Of a stretch of 43,688 bases of DNA, positions 25,390 through 32,808 are shown piece after piece. The notes beneath the pieces were generated by a model. The model searched no databases. It was not told the DNA's origin and saw nothing but the letters and a program-made list of their open reading frames with translations. Within the stretch, counting starts at the first letter, position 1. Each line of letters begins with the position of its first letter. Origin of the DNA: a virus; IMG/VR virus record IMGVR_UViG_3300035657_000024, positions 1 through 43,688 of that record; one strand, given 5' to 3'. A program made the translations under genes and the position numbers.

Positions 25390-25424
25390 AAGCCTTTGAT
25401 GAACTGTCAGAGGCTTATTTTTTA
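25390..25424 (+). terminator. Rho-independent terminator
   Basis: 10-bp stem aagcctttga/tcagaggctt (one G.U), then atttttt. Confidence 0.75.
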
Positions 25425-25476
25425 TGCCATAATTTAGCTATAGAAAGTTATTGAATTAGTCATAGGAGGCGCAGGC

Positions 25477-25941
25477 ATGGCATTACCATATCAAGGGTAT
25501 GGCTATAATCCGTATCAGTATGGACAAATAAATCCATTACAGCCGCAGATGGACAGGCTGGCGCAGATGCAGGCTCAATATCAGCAGCCGCAGCAGACGC
25601 AACAGGTAAATCAGGGGATTTTGTGGGTGCAAGGCGAGGCTGGAGCTAAATCTTATCTTGTCGCTCCAAATACAAGCGTCCTTCTGATGGATTCCGAAAA
25701 CTCTAATTTTTATATAAAGACTACCGATGCCGCCGGGATGCCGGCTCTCCGAACCTTTGCTTACAAAGAGGTCACTGTTGGCACGCAAGATCAGCAGAAA
25801 CAGGCGGAAGTAAACTTAGATGATAAATACGTCACTCGAAAAGAATACGACGATTTGAGAAGCAAATACGAAGAGCTGTATAGTTATCTCGAAACGGCAA
25901 CAAAGCCAGAAGGAGGCAGGCATGGCGAATCCCTTGTTTGA
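25477..25941 (+). CDS. Hypothetical protein with a Q/Y/N-rich N-terminal low-complexity domain
   Basis: MALPYQGYGYNPYQYGQINPLQPQMDRLAQMQAQYQQPQQTQQVNQ, then a globular region. Confidence 0.6.
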   Translation: MALPYQGYGYNPYQYGQINPLQPQMDRLAQMQAQYQQPQQTQQVNQGILWVQGEAGAKSYLVAPNTSVLLMDSENSNFYIKTTDAAGMPALRTFAYKEVTVGTQDQQKQAEVNLDDKYVTRKEYDDLRSKYEELYSYLETATKPEGGRHGESLV

Positions 25942-26134
25942 GGCCCTGAACGGTAACAGGATGTCTGGAATGCTGGAACAGTTCCAACGATTCCGGAAAG
26001 AGATGGAGGGCAGGAATCCACAGGAGGAAATCAATAAACTTTTACAGTCTGGCAAAATAAACCAGCAACAGTTAAATCAAGCCCAGCAGATGGCACAGCA
26101 GATGCAGGGTATGTTTAAAGGCTTTTTTAAATAG
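25922..26134 (+). CDS. Hypothetical Q-rich small protein
   Basis: SD gaaggagg. Confidence 0.55.
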   Translation: MANPLFEALNGNRMSGMLEQFQRFRKEMEGRNPQEEINKLLQSGKINQQQLNQAQQMAQQMQGMFKGFFK

Positions 26135-26189
26135 TACACAACCGGGTGCACACGGTTTTGTAAATACATTATCGAAGGAGATAATTACT

Positions 26190-26879
26190 ATGACAGACGG
26201 TTTAACCGCTTCTGATGTTGCCGTATTAACCGGCGGCACAGGAAAAAATGACGGCTTCGGCGGAGATTGGGGTGCATGGATTATCCTTTTCCTGATTTTC
26301 GGTATGTTTGGCTGGGGCGGCTTCGGCGGCTGGGGCGGAAATGGTGGAGGAGCAAATTCTCCTGCATTTCAGGGTTATGCAACCCGTGCCGATATCGACG
26401 CAGCGCTGTCCACGCAGGGAATCGAAAACGGGATCCAGAACCTTTCCGGCCAGCTTTGCAACGGCCTTGCTGGCGTAAACGCCAACCTGTCAAATCTGGG
26501 TTATCAGATGCAGCAATGCTGCTGCGATACCCGTGAGGCTATTGCTGGCGTAAACTACAACATGGCAGCCCAGACAAACATCCTACAGAATACCGTAAAC
26601 AACGGATTCCGCGATGTAATTGACGCGCAGAACGCCGGAACACAGCGCATCATCGACCTGTTTACACAGGACAAGATACAGTCTTTGCAGACCGAGTTAC
26701 AGTCCGCACAGCTCCAGCTGTCTAACAACGCACAGACAAACAGCATCTTAAATGCTTTGAGACCTACACCCGTGCCGTCTTATCCGGTCATGTCCCCGTA
26801 CACGTCCATCGTAAACCCGACAGGCTTTAGCTTTGGCGCCGGATGTGGCTACGGAGGCAACACGGGATGCGGATGTTAA
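26190..26879 (+). CDS. Gly/Trp-rich membrane protein with coiled coil and Cys-rich motifs
   Basis: GFGGDWGAWIILFLIFGMFGWGGFGGWGGNGGG, QQCCCDTRE, C-terminal GCGYGGNTGCGC. Confidence 0.6.
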   Translation: MTDGLTASDVAVLTGGTGKNDGFGGDWGAWIILFLIFGMFGWGGFGGWGGNGGGANSPAFQGYATRADIDAALSTQGIENGIQNLSGQLCNGLAGVNANLSNLGYQMQQCCCDTREAIAGVNYNMAAQTNILQNTVNNGFRDVIDAQNAGTQRIIDLFTQDKIQSLQTELQSAQLQLSNNAQTNSILNALRPTPVPSYPVMSPYTSIVNPTGFSFGAGCGYGGNTGCGC

Positions 26880-26949
26880 AACTTCAGACGGAGTATCTTC
26901 GTGGCATTATTTTGCCATGATGTTCGGCTGATGCCGTTATTCACAAAAA

Positions 26950-26978
26950 GGGGCAGGCTGAGAACGTCTGCCCCTTTT
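26950..26978. terminator. Terminator (A-run / stem / T-run)
   Basis: ggggcag/ctgcccc stem followed by tttt. Confidence 0.7.
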
Positions 26979-26997
26979 GAAATGAAGGGAGAATAAA

Positions 26998-27408
26998 ATG
27001 ATTGAGTTAGTAAACACAACGCCGGTCACGGTCCCAGTAGGGCAGTCCATCCCGTTTTCGGCAGTGGCAACAAAGGGCGGATGCGCAGAAAGACACAGGG
27101 CTGGAAGCGCGCAGATAACGCTTGTAAAGCCCGGTAGATATCTGATCACATTTTCCGGGAACGTCGCAGTACCGACTGGGGAAACGGTAGGAGAAGTGGC
27201 GCTGGGAATTGCCAGAGATGGGGAAATTCTCGGCGGCACGGTGATGCGTGCCACCCCTGCGGCAGTAGAGCAGTATTTTAACACATCGTCCCAGACATAC
27301 GTCGATGTGTTCTGTGGATGCTGTGAAAACGTTTCCATCAAAAACGCAGGGACAATTCCTGTGTTAGTAGACAATCCGAACATAACAGCTGTTCGGGTTT
27401 GCGGTTAA
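26998..27408 (+). CDS. BclA-C-terminal / C1q-TNF-like beta-sandwich protein
   Basis: Pattern IPF...ITLVKPGRYLITFSGNV...LGIARDGEILGGT...VSIKNAG...NITAVRV resembles BclA_C-type domains (from recall). Confidence 0.5.
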   Translation: MIELVNTTPVTVPVGQSIPFSAVATKGGCAERHRAGSAQITLVKPGRYLITFSGNVAVPTGETVGEVALGIARDGEILGGTVMRATPAAVEQYFNTSSQTYVDVFCGCCENVSIKNAGTIPVLVDNPNITAVRVCG

Positions 27409-27420
27409 GGAGGGCAGACC

Positions 27421-27975
27421 ATGAGTTACAAATTGATGCAGAATATCCGGGAAGAGCTGGATAAAATCGCGGAAAAAGGTCTGAACACAGGCAATCTTGA
27501 GACCGCATACAAATTGATAGACATGTTGAAAGACATGGAAAATGTGGAATACTGGAAGTGCAAAGAGGGTTATTATAACGCCGTCCTTGACGAAATGGAA
27601 GGCGGATATAGCCAGAATGGAGAGTACAGCGAGAGGCGGAAACGCGACAGCCGTGGGAGATACAGCAGGGATGACGGAATGAGCATGACGGCCTATGACG
27701 ATGGATCATCCTATGCGCGACGTGGGGAGCACTATGTAAAGGGGCACTATAGCCGTGGAAACGGAAACAATGACCCTTATGATGATTACATGGAAAACAA
27801 GCAGTCTTATCGCAACGGCAAGTCTGAGGATTGCAAGCGGCGTATGCTGGCCGCTCTGGAAGAGCATATGGATGCACTGACGGAAGAGCTGGGAGATCTG
27901 TCAAAAGATGCAGACTGCCGAGAAGAGAGGGAGACCATTTCGCGGTATATCGAAAAATTACGAAAGATGATGTGA
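27421..27975 (+). CDS. Hypothetical protein with helical ends and an R/S/Y/D/G-rich centre
   Basis: SD taaggaggg. Confidence 0.6.
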   Translation: MSYKLMQNIREELDKIAEKGLNTGNLETAYKLIDMLKDMENVEYWKCKEGYYNAVLDEMEGGYSQNGEYSERRKRDSRGRYSRDDGMSMTAYDDGSSYARRGEHYVKGHYSRGNGNNDPYDDYMENKQSYRNGKSEDCKRRMLAALEEHMDALTEELGDLSKDADCREERETISRYIEKLRKMM

Positions 27976-27977
27976 GT

Positions 27978-28010
27978 AAAGGCGGCGAGGAAACTTGCCG
28001 CTTTTGCTTT
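27978..28010 (+). terminator. Rho-independent terminator
   Basis: aaaggcggc/gccgctttt stem with a T-run. Confidence 0.6.
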
Positions 28011-28080
28011 AAACATGGGTACGCCATAGTTTTTTTTGTTTGGTAAAATGTATTAAAGGCTATGGAAAGGAATGATCATT

Positions 28081-28242
28081 ATGGAGATCAAAAGGGTATA
28101 CTGTCCTGTCTGTAATAATAAAACGCGGTCAGCATTCCGCAAGGATACGACAGCGCATAATCTTCCGGTGTTTTGCCCGAAATGTAAAACGACCAGCCTC
28201 GTGAATATTGAAAACGGAAAGGCAGAGCCTATCGTCCGTTAA
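28081..28242 (+). CDS. Cysteine-rich KTR-type small protein (53 aa, below the track cutoff)
   Basis: MEIKRVYCPVCNNKTRSAFRKDTTAHNLPVFCPKCKTTSLVNIENGKAEPIVR. CPxC...KTR...CPKC signature. Confidence 0.7.
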   Translation: MEIKRVYCPVCNNKTRSAFRKDTTAHNLPVFCPKCKTTSLVNIENGKAEPIVR

Positions 28243-28260
28243 GTGCCAGACGCCAGACGC

Positions 28261-28308
28261 AGAGCCAGTGATTTGTAAGGATTTCTTACAGATTGCTGGC
28301 TCTTTTTT
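28261..28308 (+). terminator. Long imperfect hairpin terminator
   Basis: agagccag/ctggctct outer stem, then tttttt. Confidence 0.7.
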
Positions 28309-28331
28309 GTATTTGTATTTCCTCCTTTACA

Positions 28332-28383
28332 GCACACAGCCTTGCGGGAAGGTTGAAAATGCGGTTCGACTCCGTCTGTGTGC
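28332..28383 (+). ncRNA. tRNA-like minihelix A (acceptor plus T-arm, no anticodon arm)
   Basis: GCACACAG/CTGTGTGC 8 bp, GCGG-TTCGACT-CCGT T-arm, small CCTT-GCGGG-AAGG hairpin. Confidence 0.45.
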
Positions 28384-28438
28384 AATCCTGTAAATCGTAA
28401 TTGCAGGAAAATCCATCCCATCTTTCTTTGTTTTTGCC

Positions 28439-28481
28439 ACCGTGCATGGAAGCAGCCGGGTTCAAGCCCCGGCGCACGGTA
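28439..28481 (+). ncRNA. tRNA-like minihelix B (acceptor plus T-arm only)
   Basis: ACCGTGC/GCACGGT 7 bp perfect, GCCGGG-TTCAAGC-CCCGGC T-arm, 9-nt linker, discriminator A. Confidence 0.45.
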
Positions 28482-28546
28482 TAGGTGCATTGTTTAGACA
28501 GCGCCGATCATTACGCTTTTCGCCCGGTTCGCTACCCCGGGCGCTT

Positions 28547-28619
28547 TGTGGGATAGCTCAGGAGGTAGAGCAGCGGCCTTATAAGCCGTGTGTCATGGGT
28601 TCAATTCCCCTTCCCACAA
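28547..28619 (+). tRNA. tRNA-Ile, anticodon UAU
   Basis: Manual cloverleaf. Acceptor TGTGGGA/TCCCACA. D-arm GCTC-AGGAGGTA-GAGC. Anticodon stem GCGGC/GCCGT with loop CTTATAA. T-arm ATGGG-TTCAATT-CCCCT (one mismatch). No encoded CCA. Confidence 0.85.
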
Positions 28620-28624
28620 CTACC

Positions 28625-28668
28625 CCGCCCGTGGTTTATCGGGCTTAATCCATACCGCTGACGGGCGG
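28625..28668 (+). other. GC-rich hairpin between the tRNA and the scaffold gene
   Basis: ccgcccgt/acgggcgg 8-bp perfect stem, 28-nt loop, no T-run. Confidence 0.5.
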
Positions 28669-28696
28669 TTAATCAATCACGTTTAGGAGGATAAAG

Positions 28697-29329
28697 ATGC
28701 AGAACATTGAAGCAATTTTGACAGAGCTGGGAATTGAGGTCTCGGCGGACAAAAAGGAAAGCCTTACGAAAAAGGTGGCGGAAAATTACGTCACGAAAGC
28801 TGAACATGAAAAGAAGCTGGGAAAGGCTGAGACTGACCGGGACACGTGGAAAGAAAAAGCTGAGACGGCAGAAAGCACCCTGAAAGGCTTCGAGGGCGTT
28901 GACCTTGAAACAATGCAGAAGGATTTGGCTGATTGGAAGAAAAAGGCCGAGGATGCCGAGAAAAACGCACAGGCGCAGCTGTATGAGAGAGATTTCACGG
29001 ACGCTCTGAAAACGGAGTTTGAAGGAATTAAATTCTCGAGCGAAGCGGCAAAGCGCGCAATTATGGCAGAAGTCAAGGAGGCCGGATTAAAGCTGAAAGA
29101 CGGGAAAATCCTTGGACTGAATGACCTCATAGCCCAGATGAAGGAAAAGGACGCTTCGGCATTTGTTGACGATGAGCAGCAGAAAGCACAGCAGAATCAG
29201 GCACGCTTTACACAGCCGACAAATAAGCAGGAGCAGGGCGGCGCGCTGACGAAAGACCAGATTATGAGCATCAAGGATGCTTCTGAGCGTCAGGCTGCAA
29301 TTGCTGCGAACATGAGTTTATTTAATTAA
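28697..29329 (+). CDS. Scaffolding protein (phage GP20 family-like)
   Basis: MQNIEAILTELGIEV...KLGKAETDRDTWKEKAETAE... coiled coil. Immediately upstream of the capsid gene. Confidence 0.8.
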   Translation: MQNIEAILTELGIEVSADKKESLTKKVAENYVTKAEHEKKLGKAETDRDTWKEKAETAESTLKGFEGVDLETMQKDLADWKKKAEDAEKNAQAQLYERDFTDALKTEFEGIKFSSEAAKRAIMAEVKEAGLKLKDGKILGLNDLIAQMKEKDASAFVDDEQQKAQQNQARFTQPTNKQEQGGALTKDQIMSIKDASERQAAIAANMSLFN

Positions 29330-29344
29330 AGCAGGAGGGCTAAT

Positions 29345-30235
29345 ATGCCAGCAAAAGCAAATTTGATTAAAACAGCGGATGTCCAGGTAACCGCAAGAGA
29401 GCTGGATTTTGTAACCAGATTCGAGCGCAACTGGCAGCATCTGCGGAACATCTTGGGGATCATGCGCCCCATAAAGAAGCAGCCCGGCGCAATGCTGAAA
29501 AGTAAATATGCGGAGGGGACGCTCGAGGATGGTGCAGTAGGCGAAGGCGAGGATATCCCGTATAGCAAATTTACCGTAAAGGAAAAGAAGTATCAGGAAA
29601 TGACCATCGAGAAGTACGCGAAGGCCGTTTCGATTGAAGCAATCAAAGACCACGGTTATGACAACGCTGTCCAGATGACTGACGACGAGTTCCTCTATCA
29701 GATTCAGGCGGGCGTGACAAAGAAGTTTTACGACTATCTGAAAACCGGAATGCTCACGTCCGAGGAAACAACCTTCCAGATGGCACTTGCGATGGCAAAG
29801 GGCAAGGTTGAGAACAAGTTTAAGCAGATGCACCGGAACATCACCGGGGTTGTCGGTTTTGTGAACATCCTTGACGTGTACAAGTATATCGGAGCAGCGA
29901 ACATCACCATCCAGAATCAGTTCGGCTTCCAGTACCTGAAGGATTTTATGGGGTTCAATACAATTTTCCTCCTTTCTGACAGCGAGATCCCGGCTGATAC
30001 GGTAATCGCTACACCGGTGGAAAACATCGTGATGTATTACATCGACCCCAACGACAGCGACTTCGCGAAGGCAGGACTTGTGTACACGACCAGCGGAGAA
30101 ACGAATCTGATCGGTTTCCACACACAGGGCAACTACAACACCGCCGTGTCTGAGGCGTTTGCGATCACCGGCCTTGTGCTGTTTGCGGAATACCTGGATG
30201 GTATCGCGAAAATCACCGTAAATGCGGGGGGTTGA
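29345..30235 (+). CDS. Major capsid protein
   Basis: 296 aa after the scaffold. SD aggaggg. Confidence 0.8.
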   Translation: MPAKANLIKTADVQVTARELDFVTRFERNWQHLRNILGIMRPIKKQPGAMLKSKYAEGTLEDGAVGEGEDIPYSKFTVKEKKYQEMTIEKYAKAVSIEAIKDHGYDNAVQMTDDEFLYQIQAGVTKKFYDYLKTGMLTSEETTFQMALAMAKGKVENKFKQMHRNITGVVGFVNILDVYKYIGAANITIQNQFGFQYLKDFMGFNTIFLLSDSEIPADTVIATPVENIVMYYIDPNDSDFAKAGLVYTTSGETNLIGFHTQGNYNTAVSEAFAITGLVLFAEYLDGIAKITVNAGG

Positions 30236-30322
30236 TGGCCGCCAGTACACCCCTGAACACTGACGGCGAACCGCTTTCCGGGGAAACAAGACGGAAGAGT
30301 AGGAGATAAGGAGGCCGACGGG

Positions 30323-30817
30323 ATGGCATACACGACATTTACATTTTATGAACAGATCTACCACGGGAATGTCGTCCCGGCGGAGGACTTTGATCGTATC
30401 GCAGACCGCGCCAGTGACTTTCTAGACGTGATAGCCTTTGACCGATTGGCTGACGGCTTACCGTCTGATGAAAGGGCGGCGACAAAGGTACAGAAAGCCG
30501 TGTGTGCGGTCTGTGATAAGTTATATCAACTGGAGCTGGCAGAGAAGAAAGCGCTGTATTCCGCTGGGGAGACATCTTCCGGCGGGGCTGGCGGTGTTAC
30601 TTCGGGAGTAATTACTTCCAAGTCTGCCGGTTCTGAATCAATTTCCTACGCTTCCCCGTCCGAAATGGCAAACGGCGCAAAGGCATGGAGCGCGGTCTAC
30701 CAGGCGGCCGGGGATGCACAGGAGACGAACAAGCTTCTGGCAGATGCGGCAATGCTTTATCTGGCAGGAGTGAAAAATGATGATGGCGTACCGTTGTTGT
30801 ACGCAGGAATAAGGTAG
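30323..30817 (+). CDS. Head-tail connector / DNA-packaging (gp6-like) protein
   Basis: Position after the capsid gene. N-terminal helical region typical of this class. Confidence 0.5.
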   Translation: MAYTTFTFYEQIYHGNVVPAEDFDRIADRASDFLDVIAFDRLADGLPSDERAATKVQKAVCAVCDKLYQLELAEKKALYSAGETSSGGAGGVTSGVITSKSAGSESISYASPSEMANGAKAWSAVYQAAGDAQETNKLLADAAMLYLAGVKNDDGVPLLYAGIR

Positions 30818-30882
30818 AAATGGGTAACAATAAATTTTTAGCTTTATGCAAAAAGATTGTGGTTAAACAGGAGGATTAACTC

Positions 30883-31149
30883 ATGGACATTACGACATTA
30901 GGAACTTGTGTGGCCATCGTGGCTATCTGCTATGTTATCGGTCTGGGCTGTAAGGCGGCGCAGAAAATCCCGGATGAGTGGATTCCGGTCATTATGGCGG
31001 TATGCGGCGGCCTTCTGGGTGCGCTGGGAATGAACATCATGCCGGACTTCCCGGCGACGGACTATATCAATGCTGCGGCGGTGGGCATGGTGTCCGGGCT
31101 GGCGGCCACAGGAGTAAACCAGGTATACAAGCAGGCAAAGAAAGCGTGA
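30883..31149 (+). CDS. Holin-like membrane protein (88 aa)
   Basis: Three hydrophobic segments, basic C-terminus KQAKKA, ...IPDEWIPVIMAVCGGLLGALG... resembles Firmicutes phage holins. Confidence 0.55.
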   Translation: MDITTLGTCVAIVAICYVIGLGCKAAQKIPDEWIPVIMAVCGGLLGALGMNIMPDFPATDYINAAAVGMVSGLAATGVNQVYKQAKKA

Positions 31150-31153
31150 TTTT

Positions 31154-31408
31154 ATGGGCGGACGCGGTGCAGCAGGCGGTCTGGTTTCGGGAACAAAACT
31201 TGAATATGGCGGAAGAAGTATGAGCATATTCAAATTCTTAAATCAAGACGATATTAGACGGGCAAATGATGCTTCTATTACGGACATGGGAGACATTATA
31301 AAAAGAATGTTTTTAAGCAATTCTAAGGAAATAAACAATTTTGAACTGTCTAGTCAAGAAAAAAAGACGCTATTGACGAAATGGCAAAGCTTTCAACCGC
31401 AGCATTAA
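31154..31408 (+). CDS. GGRG-N-terminus protein, upstream (0-frame) ORF of a candidate frameshift pair
   Basis: MGGRGAAGG... aligns with the post-leader part of the 43332 gene (NLQFF-GGRGS). Confidence 0.5.
   Translation: MGGRGAAGGLVSGTKLEYGGRSMSIFKFLNQDDIRRANDASITDMGDIIKRMFLSNSKEINNFELSSQEKKTLLTKWQSFQPQH
31360..31366 (+). promoter_or_regulatory. Candidate -1 programmed frameshift heptamer A_AAA_AAG
   Basis: In phase with the 31154 ORF (codons AAA AAG). The -1 frame is open from 31354 and continues to 31692. Confidence 0.45.
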
Positions 31409-31692
31409 AAGCTTCCGCGGCTGCTGTAAATCCATATGTAAGCGGCCCTGCGAGGCTTACACAAGGACAAAGAAGCGGAAGTTTAGCGGGCAAAGCTGCA
31501 GATGCAAGAGGCTCTATAGATTCCTATATGAAAGAATTGCGAAACAAATCCGATAAGAATGTAAAGGCGAGAAAAGAGCGGGAGCTTGCATCGGCTCTAA
31601 CATCAGCCGCCAATTCTGGAAAATTGGAAATTATAGGTGACGGAAAACGGTATTATAGGAAATCAAAACGTGGAAAGTATTGGTATTCATAA
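31381..31692 (+). CDS. Hypothetical basic protein (-1 frame ORF, no SD before its ATG)
   Basis: Overlaps the 31154 ORF by 28 nt. Stop overlaps the next start (TAATG). Confidence 0.5.
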   Translation: MAKLSTAALKASAAAVNPYVSGPARLTQGQRSGSLAGKAADARGSIDSYMKELRNKSDKNVKARKERELASALTSAANSGKLEIIGDGKRYYRKSKRGKYWYS

Positions 31693-32342
31693 TGAATTAC
31701 AGAAACTGCCGTAATTATGAAAATCTGGAGCGCCGGCTATTTGACGGCGTGGGTGAATATGGCATACCGCAGATAGAGCCAGTAGCCTATGAGGGCGGTT
31801 GTGACTGGATCGGATTCAATTATGCAAAGAGTACCAAGGATTGCGAGGGAAAAGGCGTTCATTTCTTTTTGGATGATTACCAGTTTTGCCGCCTGTGGTC
31901 AAACATAGACCGGTATATCCCGATGCTTCAAAGATTTCGCTATGTAATGTCTCCAGATTTCTCTACCTATACAGATTTTCCTAAGGTCATGCAAATATAC
32001 AACCACTACCGGAAACACTGGTGTGCGGCGTATATGCAGGAGGCAGGAATACAGGTTATCCCGACGATCTCATGGAGCACGCTGGACTCATTTGACTGGT
32101 GCTTTGACGGAGAGCCGGAGGGCGGAACCGTGGCGGTATCTTCTGTTGGCTGCATGAACAGCAAGGAAAAAAAGGCGCTGTTTTTGGCAGGGTATGAAGA
32201 AATGGTGAGGCGGTTGCAGCCGGAGACGATCATCTTTTACGGTTCTGTGCCAGAGGAATGCATGGGAAATATCGTGAGAATCCGGGCGTTTACGGATAAA
32301 TTTAACGAAGCTCTTTGTGAAATGAGGGATACCGATGGATGA
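31692..32342 (+). CDS. DUF4417-like protein
   Basis: ...GVHFFLDDYQFCRLWSNIDRYIPMLQRF..SPDFSTY..., recalled signature of DUF4417. Confidence 0.65.
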   Translation: MNYRNCRNYENLERRLFDGVGEYGIPQIEPVAYEGGCDWIGFNYAKSTKDCEGKGVHFFLDDYQFCRLWSNIDRYIPMLQRFRYVMSPDFSTYTDFPKVMQIYNHYRKHWCAAYMQEAGIQVIPTISWSTLDSFDWCFDGEPEGGTVAVSSVGCMNSKEKKALFLAGYEEMVRRLQPETIIFYGSVPEECMGNIVRIRAFTDKFNEALCEMRDTDG

Positions 32343-32808
32343 TGCGATAGTGACAATATTCAATTTTTACGAATCCAGCACTGCCGCCATCTGGTATCCC
32401 CATGTGCTTTCCGGCGTGCATCTTGAGACTGATCGGGGGCAGATCATGAAACTGTACGGGACAGACAGCACAGATAACGCACAGTTACATATCCCGTTCG
32501 GGGTTAAGAACGGGAGAAAAATTATTGTTGATACCGTCGGAAAAGAATTGCCGTGGCTTCCGCCGAAGGAATGGAACAGACAGGTCAACGATTTGTTGCC
32601 AGACAGCATTACATTTAATCCGTCTACAGACTTTTTCATGGTAGGAGCATGGGACGGTGCCGTACTCGTAAACGATGCAGATTATACAGACAGGCGATAT
32701 GAAGGGTTTTATGCGTTTATGAATGCCGAAAAAGATTTTGTTTACCTGATATCGTCAGTGGGCGGACCGTATACGGTAATCCCACATTTTGAAATCTTAG
32801 GGAAGTAG
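32335..32808 (+). CDS. Head closure / minor capsid (A118 gp9-like) protein
   Basis: Position and size. SD gaggga. Confidence 0.5.
   Translation: MDDAIVTIFNFYESSTAAIWYPHVLSGVHLETDRGQIMKLYGTDSTDNAQLHIPFGVKNGRKIIVDTVGKELPWLPPKEWNRQVNDLLPDSITFNPSTDFFMVGAWDGAVLVNDADYTDRRYEGFYAFMNAEKDFVYLISSVGGPYTVIPHFEILGK

Noticed and set aside
27338-28027. 229-aa minus-strand ORF
   Set aside because: It is antisense to the 27421..27975 gene and crosses a terminator. It has shadow-frame composition and no SD.
28501-28546. A third tRNA-like element just upstream of tRNA-Ile
   Set aside because: Only a hairpin (cgcccgg-ttcgctacc-ccgggcg) with a T-loop-like sequence is present. No acceptor-type stem closes it, and a competing gcgcc/ggcgc pairing exists. 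It is treated as a processing hairpin, not a separate gene.
29318-30364. 348-aa minus-strand ORF antisense to the major capsid gene
   Set aside because: It lies fully inside a well-supported + strand structural gene and has no SD. Its composition is Cys/His/Arg-rich and low-complexity, typical of antisense frames.
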